A stretch of 10,906 nt of DNA from Paraspadella gotoi (GCA_051294375.1 CM119264.1:5737269-5748174); one strand, 5' to 3'; shown: positions 1-8,451, counted from the stretch's first letter. A program made the numbers and translations. The notes: generated by a model from the letters alone, not told the origin.

Positions 1-63
1 GCGATATAATTGAGGCGCCATTAGTTCATCTTAGGCGACTTATGAGGGAGAATCGCGGCGGCG
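1..63. repeat. Satellite 5' flank, duplicated at ~3254-3325
   Basis: cgatataattgaggcgccattagttcatcttaggcgacttatgagggagaatcg aligns by eye, with indels, to cgatatatgagggcccatttagtcatcttagagcgacttgatgaggagagatcg starting at 3254. Both copies lead directly into the 57-bp repeat. Confidence 0.85.
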
Positions 64-180
64 TTGAAATGGCATGAGAGATGGCACGAGGTCGAGGTGC
101 CGTTGAGAATTGAGACGGCATTGAAATGGCATGAGATATAGCACAAGGTCGAGGTGCCGTTGAGAATTGAGACGGCGTTG
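64..180. repeat. 57-bp tandem satellite, 2 clean copies
   Basis: The unit ttgaaatggcatgagagatggcacgaggtcgaggtgccgttgagaattgagacggca starts at 64 and again at 121 (period 57). Confidence 0.95.
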
Positions 181-399
181 TCCGTTGTTGTTGTTGAGAG
201 AGATTATGCATTTTCAAACCGGCTCGAATATTTTCTCATGAAACGACTTGCGGATACTGAGGACCGAACACAGTGAGTTTGCTCTTTATCTGATTTTCCT
301 CTGCTCAAGTAGTAAACAAAAGAACTCTCTCTCTTCTCTTTCACACACGGAGCACCCACTAAACGTATTTAAAAGCTCGCCTTAATTCTTTAACTCTTT

Positions 400-3185
400 T
401 ACATTCCTCCGGCCCGTTTCTTTCTACCTTCTCTCCATATCTCTCTTTTTCTTTCTCCTTTTCTCTTCTATTTCATCTCTGCCACTCTTCTTATCTTTTT
501 CTCCTTTCTTCTCTTTCTCCTTTCTCTTATTCTTCTTTTCGTATCTTACTTCTTCTACTATTTCTTCTCTCATTCCCTGACCCTCTGTCGTGGATTCTCT
601 CAATCTTCATGCTTTCAACCTTTTTATTCCGTCCGCTTTGTTTAGCTTCATTCTCTCGGTCTCTCTCTTTCCCCAAACTAGTATTTCTCCGCATATTCGT
701 TGCCTCTCCTCCCCTTTCTTCGTGCTCCCTTCCTCCTTCTCCCTCTTTTTTCCACCCCTCTCTTCCTCTCTCCTCCCTTCTTCTCTCCTCTCCCTCTCTT
801 CTTTCCCACCCTCTTTCCTCTCCTCTCGAGTCTTCCTCTCTCCTCCCCCGTTCCTTCTCCTCTCCTTCAACTCCTCTTCCTCTCCTTCTTTGCCACGAAC
901 CTGTACTTCGCCTCTCTCTGCCCATCTTCCTCTCTCCTCCGCCCTTCCTTCCCTCCCTCTCCCTTTCCTCTCCCACCCCTCTCTTCCTCTCTGCTCCCTT
1001 TCCTCTCTCTCCTCCCCATTTGTTTACTCACCTCTCCTCATCTTTCTTTCCCTCCCATCTCTTCCTCTCTCTCCATCTTCCTCTCTCCTCCCCTTCCTCT
1101 TCCTCTCCCTCTCCTTCTTTCCCACCCCTCTCTTCTCTCTCTCGCCATATTCCTCTCCCCTCCCCCTTCCTTTCTCCCTCTCCCTTTCTCCCTCTCCTTC
1201 TTTCCCTTCCCCTCTCTTCCTTCTCTCCATCTTCCTCTCTCCTCCCCCTTCCTTCCCTCCCTATTCTTCTTTCCCTCCCTCTTCCCTCTCCTCCATCTTC
1301 CTCTTCGCTCCCCTTCCTCCTCCTCTCCCTCTCTCTTCTTTCCTCCGCCTCTGCTTCCTCATCTCTCCCATCTTCCCTACTCTCCTCCCCTTCTTCCCTC
1401 CCTTCTCCCTTCTCGACTCTCCTAATCGTAGGTGTTCCCTTCCCCTGCTCTTCGCTCTCTCTCCATCTTCCTCTCTTCCTCCCCCTTCCTGTTCCTTTTC
1501 TGTCTCCCCTCTCCTTCTTTCCCACCCCTCTGCTTCCTCTCTCTCCCCATCTTCCTCTGCCCCTTCCCCTTTGCTTCCTAATCTCTTCGCATTCTAATCC
1601 TTCTTTCGCCACCCCTCTCTGCCTCTTCTCTTCCATGCTTCTCTCTCCTTCCCCCTTCCTTCCCTTCCCTCTTCCCTGCGTGCCTTCGCTTTCTGCCACC
1701 TCCTCGTGTTCCTCTCTCTCCTATCTGTCACTTGTCTTCCTCCCCCTTCCTATCCCTTTCCCTCTCTCTCCTCTCCTTCTTCTCACCACGCCTCTCTTCC
1801 TCTCTTTCCCATCTTCTTCTCTTTCCTCCCGCCTTCTCCTCCCGCCCTCTCCCTCCTTCCCTCTTTCCCACCCCTCTGCTATCTCTCTGCTCTCCCATCT
1901 TCTTCTCTCCTCCCCTTCCTTCCCTCCCTCTTCCCGTTTCCCCCATTCTATTCCGCACCCCTCTCTTCCTCTTCTTCCATCTTCCTCTCTCCGTTCCCTC
2001 CCCCGAACTTCCTTCCCACTGACTCCCTCTCCCTCTCCCTCTCCTTGTTTACACCTCCCCTCGTCTTCCTCTCTCTCCATCTTCCTCTCTCCTCCCCGGT
2101 GTCCTTTCCTTCCTTCTCCCTTCCTTTTTTCCCACCGCTCTCTTCCCTCTTTGAGCTCCTCACCCTATTCTTCCTCTCTTCTCCCTCCCCCTTTTCCCCC
2201 TTTCCCTCCCTTTCCTTTTCCCCCTTTCTTTTTTCCCCTTTTCTTTGCCCACCGCCTCTCGTGTGCCTCTCTCTCCATCTTCCTCTTCCTGCCTCGCCTT
2301 TCCTTCCCTCCTCTCCCTCTCCTTCTTTCCCACCCCTCTCTTCCTCTCTCTCCATCTTCCTCTCTCCTCCCCTCCTTCGCGGTGTCGCCTCATCCCTCTC
2401 CCTTCTTTCACCCCTCTGCTTCCTCTCGTCTCCCATCTTCTTCTCCTCCCCGTCCTCCTATCCCTCCGTCTCCTTCCCTCCTTCTTTTCCCACCCCTTCC
2501 CCTGTTGCCTCTTCTCCCATCTTCTCTCTCGCTCCCCGAACTTCCTTCCCTCTCTCCTCCTCTCTTGCTCCCACTCTCTTTCTCTCTCTTCATGTTCCTA
2601 CTCGTCCTCTCCCCTTCCTCCCTCCCTCCCTCTCCCTCCCTTCTTTCCCCAGCCCTCTCTTGCTCAGCGTGTGCATCTTCCTCTTGCCTCCCCCTTCCTC
2701 TCCCCCTCCCTCTCCACTCTCCCTTGTCCTACTCTCCCTGCCCTCTCTTCCTCTCTCTCCCATTTCTCTGCTCTCCCCTTCCCTTCCCTCCTTCTCCCTC
2801 TTTGTTCTTTCCCAGCCCCTCTGCTTCCTCGTCTTCTCCATCTTCCTCTGCTCCTCCCCCCCTTCGCTTCCCTCCCTCTCCCTCTTCCTTGTTTCCCTCC
2901 CCTGCTCTTTCCTGCTCTCTCCCATCTTTCTCTCTCCACCCCCTTCCTTCCCTCCCTCTCCCTCTCTTCTTTCTCCACCCCTCTCTTCCCTCTCTCTCCC
3001 ATTCTTCCTCTCTCCTCCCTTCTTTCGCCTCGCCTTCTCCCCGTCCTTCTTTCCCTCCCCTCTCTTCCCTCTCTCTCGCCAATTTCCTCGCCTCCGTATT
3101 CCCTCCTATCTCTTCCCCTGCCGCTTAATATTCTAGAGAGAGCCGATTCCTCGCTCTCTATATCTCCCCTCTCCCCCTCTCTCCC
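400..3185. repeat. Polypyrimidine (C/T) low-complexity tract containing a degenerate ~75-80-bp minisatellite (~700-3120)
   Basis: The + strand is almost entirely C/T. The motifs ttcccacccctctcttcc and ctccatcttcctctctcctcccc recur, with CACCCC-like anchors at 2250, 2331, 2409, 2491, 2572 and 2650. Confidence 0.9.
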
Positions 3186-3325
3186 CGCCGCCATATCCGC
3201 CCCCCCCCTGCCGTGGCGCTTCAGGTCCCGCCCCTGCTCATCGCCCGAACTGCCGATATATGAGGGCCCATTTAGTCATCTTAGAGCGACTTGATGAGGA
3301 GAGATCGTCCGCCTGCCGCGCGGTT

Positions 3326-4390
3326 TTGAAGCAATGCGCATGCAGGATGCGCAAAGCACCGCGCTCGAGGTGCCGTTGAGATTGATCGAGCGGGACATTC
3401 GACGAATGGCATGAGAGATGCACTGGATTGGTCTACAAGGATCTGTGCCGCTTTGATTGAATTATGGAGTGACAAGACGGCAATGAAAGTGGCATGAGAG
3501 ATATAGCAGGAAGGTCGACTGGTGTGCGATGAGGATGGGAGACGGGCGTTTGAAATGGCATGAGAGTATAGCACTAAGTGGTCGTGGGTGCGTTGAGAAA
3601 TTCGAGACAAGGCATTGAAATTGCAGGAGAGATGCACGGAGGTCGAGGGTGCCGTTTGACGCAATTGGAGACATGGGCATTGAAATGGCTATGAGATATA
3701 TGCACCCGATCGAATGGCTCGAGCTCCGCCGTGCGTTGGATATTGAGACGGCGCTCTGAAATGGCATTAGATCCTTTATAGCACAGGTCGAATCCGAACT
3801 GAACGACGTCACGGTGCGTTGAGAATTCGACTCGTTGACGGCGTTGAAATGGCATGAGAGATGGCCGAGGTCGAGGTGGCGTTGAAACTTCGCGCAACGG
3901 GCATTGAAATGGGCATTGAGAGATGCACAAAAAGAGATCGAAAAAGGTTGCATGTTGAGGAATTGATGACGGGCGTTTGAAAATGCATAATGTGAAATGG
4001 CACAGGTCGATGGTGCCGTTGAGAATTGAGACGGCATTTGGAAATGGCGATGAGAGATGGAATGATCCCACGGTCGAGGTTGGCCTATTGAGAATGAGAC
4101 GGCGTTGAAAATGGCTATGAGGATGGCCGAGTTCGAGTGCAGTGGAGAATTGAGACGGTTTTGAAATGCACTGCGCACGCGTAGAANNNNNNNNNNNNNN
4201 NNNNNNNNNNNGCACGAGGTCGAGGTGCCGTTGAGAATTGAGACGGCATTTAAATGGCATGAGATATGGCACGAGGTCGAGGTGACATTGTGAATTGAAA
4301 CGGTATTTAAATGGCATAAGATATGGCACGAGGTCGAGGTGCCGTTGAGAATTGAGACGGCATTTTAATGGCATGAGAGATGGCACGAGG
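3326..4390. repeat. 57-bp tandem satellite, main array (~13 noisy copies, N-gap, 3 clean copies)
   Basis: After the gap, gcacgagg starts at 4212, 4269, 4326 and 4383 (period 57). Before the gap the same motifs (gaaatggcatgag, ggtcgaggtgccgttgagaattgagacggc) recur with many indels. Confidence 0.93.
4187..4211. other. Assembly gap (25 N)
   Basis: Run of N. Confidence 0.99.
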
Positions 4391-4536
4391 GATGATGGTT
4401 TGAGAACTAGTTGGAACATAACCAAAGACTCTACACACATCAACATTTAAAGATTTATTAATAGCAAGGACGTTCCTGAATTAAAATAGCATCTAAATGG
4501 CAAATTGAGACGGCATAAATAAGGTTGTGCGTTCCT

Positions 4537-4587
<51 letters not shown>

Positions 4588-4704
4588 AGAACCGCGGGGT
4601 TTTTGAGAGTCGATGGCCGCCTGACATCGTGTCGTCGCCATTCGTATGGAAATGCGGCGAATGGCGTCATTCTTTGCTTGATTCGGAATTTAGTTAATAT
4701 CGAC
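4212..4704. repeat. Segment A (satellite end + flank + GA microsatellite + hairpin), duplicated at ~5585-6182
   Basis: Shared anchors in the same order include gggatgatggtttgag, gacgttcctgaat, ggcataaataaggtt, gatggccgcctgacatcgtg, ttcgtatggaaatgcggcgaa and cttgattcggaa. Confidence 0.93.
4541..4584. repeat. (GA)22 microsatellite
   Basis: Perfect GA dinucleotide run of 44 nt. Confidence 0.97.
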
Positions 4705-4729
4705 NNNNNNNNNNNNNNNNNNNNNNNNN
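4705..4729. other. Assembly gap (25 N)
   Basis: Run of N. Confidence 0.99.
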
Positions 4730-4761
4730 ACACCAAGAGAGAGAATTAAGCGAATAAATAA

Positions 4762-4984
4762 TTAATTAATCAATTTCTTGAAAGAATTGAATTTGCCGTC
4801 ATTGGTCCCGGGAAGAGAGGCAAGGAATTGAGTCCGAACAGCAGAGTGAAGACTCTGACGTATTCGGGTACAACTCTTGATTATGCGTCGTAGACGTGTA
4901 CGAAGACAGATACTCGAGGTCAAGAGTGACGAAATTAGACAAGTCTGCCGCTTCAAATATTTAATAATACTTAATTCTCTCTTC
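4762..4984 (-). repeat. Inverted copy of the sequence found forward at ~6183-6370 (and partly at 4985-5061)
   Basis: Reverse-complement matches: ttaattaatcaatt 4762-4775 vs 5048-5061; attgagtcc 4827-4835 vs 5010-5018; ctgacgtatt 4855-4864 vs 4987-4996; ctcttgattat 4874-4884 vs 6276-6286. Confidence 0.85.
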
Positions 4985-5061
4985 CCAATACGTCAGTCTT
5001 ATTGTGCTTGGACTCAATCTTAGCCTAGGAATGAATTAATTTTTAAGAATTGATTAATTAA

Positions 5062-5071
5062 NNNNNNNNNN
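5062..5071. other. Assembly gap (10 N)
   Basis: Run of N. Confidence 0.99.
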
Positions 5072-5533
5072 CACGGAGCAAGACCACGCACACGACACGA
5101 GAGACCACACCCACAACCCCACGGGGCCGCCACGCCGACGATACCTCAATTCAAGTCAGGCCGACAATCCCACGCCACGAAAACTACGCCACGGAAGTTA
5201 CGCCACGCCTACGATAATCTCTTTTTGCGAGGAAGTGAATCTGAATATATATGCTCTCGTCTGTAGGTGGCGGGATTAAGCGGAGGGATGAGTAATGAAG
5301 AATGAATAATGAATAATGAGGAATGGGGAAAAGATATTAAAGAATTATGTATATTGTTTAAGAAATAATCAATAATTGCTAAACAAAATTTGAATATTAC
5401 TAGATATGAAAAATTAAACGTGCAGGACGAAGAAAAAGTTTGAATGATGAAGTTTGAAGAATGGAGAATAAATAAATGAAGCAAGAATAAAAAATGAAGA
5501 ATGTCCGCATGTTTGTTTGTTGCGCGGAGTCGA
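5072..5533. repeat. Segment B, duplicated at 7189-7687
   Basis: Long shared stretches such as ctcaattcaagtcaggccgacaatcccacgccacgaaaa, gatgagtaatgaagaatgaataatgaataatgag and aagatattaaagaattatgtatattgtttaagaaa. Confidence 0.95.
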
Positions 5534-5790
5534 CGGTGCCGTTGAGAATTGAGACGGCTTTTGATAATTGGCTCATGAGAATGGCAACGGTCGATCGTGC
5601 CGTTGAGACCTTGAGGACGCATTTAATGCCATCTGAGATATGGCACAGAGGTCCGATCTCCGGTAGACTCTCGGATTGTGAATTTGAAAGCCGGTATATT
5701 AAAAATGCATAAGAGTATGCGCCACGATGAGTCCGAGGTGCCGTGAGATTGCAGACGGCATATTAATGGCATGAGAGGATGGCACTGAGG
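5529..5790. repeat. 57-bp satellite, ~4 noisy copies (re-read of the array's 3' end)
   Basis: gtgccgttgagaattgagacggc at 5536 is followed by degenerate units. One carries the ttgtgaatt...ggtat...gcataag variant otherwise seen only at ~4288-4320. Confidence 0.88.
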
Positions 5791-5954
5791 GATGATGGTT
5801 TGAGGAACTAGTTAGGACACCCATAAACCAAAAGGGACTTACACACTATCCAACATTTTAAAGAGATTTAGTAATCATCAAGACGTTCCTGAATCTAAAA
5901 GCATCTAAATGAGGCAACATTGAGCACGGCATAAATAAGGTTTTGGTTCCTACC

Positions 5955-6040
5955 AGAGAGAGAGAGAGGAGAGAGAGAGAAGAGAAGAGAGAGAGAGAAC
6001 GCCAGAGAGACGAGAGAGGAGATTGAGAGAGAGAGAGAGA
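5955..6040. repeat. Imperfect (GA)n microsatellite (counterpart of 4541-4584)
   Basis: Interrupted GA run with the same flanks (gttcct... / ...tgaagaacc). Confidence 0.9.
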
Positions 6041-7188
6041 TGAAGAACCCGCGCGGGGGAGCTTTTTGAGAGATCGATGGCCGCCTGACATCGTGATCTG
6101 TCGATCGCCAATTCGTATGGAAATGCGGCGAAATGAGCCGTCATATTTGCCCTTGATTCGGAACTTTAGTTTAATACTCGACGAAGAGGAGAAATATAAG
6201 TAATTAATACTATTAAGCAGGCACCAACTGTCAATTTGCTATTTACCTTCAGTTATGCTGTCTTACATCTACACGATAATCAAGAGAGTTGTATACCAAT
6301 ACGATCATCCTTATTGCTTGGACTCAATCTTAGCCTTAGGAAAGTGATATTAATTTTTTAAGAAATATCAATCCCGCGATTGTAGCGAGTGATATGAACC
6401 CACACCGCCTAACCGTCACTACACTATAGATAATCGAATAAGAGAGCATTCAATTCTCTTTTATCTATTTTTTTAACTAACGTTCAAATCACAATACAAA
6501 GCATCTTTTCGTTCGTATTCACTGATATATGGAGCTCAGCGCGCCGAGATAGGACACATCCAAATTGTTCTCGAAGTAATTAATACCTATAATTACTTAT
6601 ACTAACTGTCACACATGATCCCATGAACCTCACCTACATCACTACTATCGATCACTTCTCGATGGTTTACTCACATCTCACAGCTTCATACTCTGCATCA
6701 AAGAGTAATCTTTCCAATAATACTGCTCATCGACTGAGTCAAGCACATCGCGATTGTCACCATTCTCACACAACAAATACCTCATCATTCTCAAGTCCTC
6801 TAATCACATATCAAAATCCATTTCTCGCTATCACCCATGCCACCAATAGCATTATTTTCTTCTACTACCTCTCTCTCTTCGCCCTCGAGGAGTGTCCGCG
6901 ACTCCGGAGCTACTGAACATTTCTGACCGACCAGATTCACATCACTCGAGCATAAGATCGCAACCCAACACATGCCGCATAGACACGCGGGACGCATGAC
7001 TGACACAATCCGTCCTCACATCCAACAGCAGCGAGCCTGACAGACCACACCACGCACCGCGAGTCTCATAAAACCACCATAACCACGCGCGGCAAATGCT
7101 CAGATCACACACCTCAATCGCGGCAGCTCAGACATCCACGCACCCTCTCACCTGGTGCGATGAACAAACCAGACCACACACATCACCA

Positions 7189-7687
7189 CACGGAGCAAGA
7201 CCAACCCACGGAGAGCACAGACCACGACGACACGACACGACGAGACCACACCCACAACCCCACGGCGGGCCGCCACGCCGACAATTACTCAATTCAAGTC
7301 AGGCCGACAATCCCACGCCACGAAAAACTACGCCACGGAAGTTACGCCACGCCTACGATAAAATCTCTTTGGCGAGGAAGTGCCATCTGAATATATATGC
7401 TCTCGTTCTGTAGGTGGCGGGATTAAGCGGGCAGGATGAGTAATGAAGAATGAATAATGAATAATGAGAATGAGAGAAAGATATTAAAGAATTATGTATA
7501 TTGTTTAAGAAAATAATCAATATATGCCTAAACAAAATTTGAATATTACTAGATATGAAAAATAAACGCTGGCAGACGAAGAAAAAGTTTTTGAATGAGA
7601 AGTTTGAAGAATGGAAGAATCAAATAAATGAAGCAAGAAAAAAAATGAAGAATGTCCGCATTGTTTTGTTTGTGCTGGCGCGGTCGA
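7189..7687. repeat. Segment B second copy
   Basis: Colinear with 5072-5533; differences are mostly short indels. Confidence 0.95.
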
Positions 7688-7782
7688 GAGAGAGAGAGAG
7701 AGAGCGAAGAGAGAGAGAGAGAGAGACGAGAGAGAGAGACGACGAGAGAGAGAGCAGAAGCAGAGAGAAGAGAGAGAGAGTC

Positions 7783-7815
<33 letters not shown>
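7686..7815. repeat. Imperfect (GA)n microsatellite
   Basis: GA run with scattered interruptions. Confidence 0.93.
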
Positions 7816-8126
7816 TCTCGAAACGTCGTCGCCGAGGTTTTTGACAAACAACTTTTTCATTTCCGGTTTCCATTCGTCACTAGAAAATCCTGAGTTAATT
7901 GAGTCATTTTAATTTTTTTTTTTTACTCCAACGACGAAAAAAAAACTGAAATTTAATTAAATTTTTTTTTTAAAAATAAAATAAATAATTTAAAAAAAAC
8001 GGTTAGTCGTTCTTTTTTTTTCTGTCACACAATTAATCTCATTTTCGCTCTCGGTCTTAGTTTTTTCTCTCTCACTTTCATCTCGCGAATAAAATTGAGG
8101 CAACCCAAGGGAGACGATGAAAAACT

Positions 8127-8129
8127 TCT

Positions 8130-8214
<85 letters not shown>
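8127..8214. repeat. (CT)n microsatellite
   Basis: Near-perfect CT run. Confidence 0.95.
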
Positions 8215-8451
8215 TTTTCTACTTGCCCTATCTCTTCTCGCCTCGCTTTTCTTTCTTATTTTTTCTCTCATCTTTCGCTGGAATTTAATAAAAAACTTTT
8301 GACTTTTTTGGCCCAAAAAGTGGAAAGCTAAAAAGGGTCGACAGTGTGGGTTGATTCCGAAACGAAAGCGACCAGCAATGACCCACCCACGCCCACCCCA
8401 CTCATCGCCGCCCATACGTTCATCAAAGCCTTACCCTGCCCAATCGACCCA

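Noticed and set aside
26-217. 19-aa repeat protein from the 57-bp (19-codon) unit, also ORFs 3462-4178 and 3574-4446
   Set aside because: The consensus minus strand lacks stops in all three frames, so openness is uninformative. The tttaaat variant puts TAA in the MPSQF frame, and the + frame LKWHERW has TAG at 139-141. The 3574-4446 ORF also crosses an N-gap.
257-285. Hammerhead ribozyme core (CTGAGGA matches CUGANGA)
   Set aside because: It is followed by ccgaac rather than stem II plus GAAA, and no stem I pairing is present.
527-3194. Minus-strand R/E/G/K-rich ORFs
   Set aside because: They are the translation of the complementary polypurine strand, a compositional artefact.
590-3294. Long + strand ORFs (335, 839, 476 and 349 aa; S/P/L/F-rich)
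   Set aside because: A C/T-only strand cannot form stop codons, so all frames stay open. There is no domain-like sequence, and the ORFs overlap in every frame.
64-4390. CRISPR-like array (regular repeats with an internal dyad)
   Set aside because: The units are head-to-tail with no unique spacers. The apparent variability in 3326-4186 is indel noise, there are no cas-like ORFs, and the context is eukaryotic.
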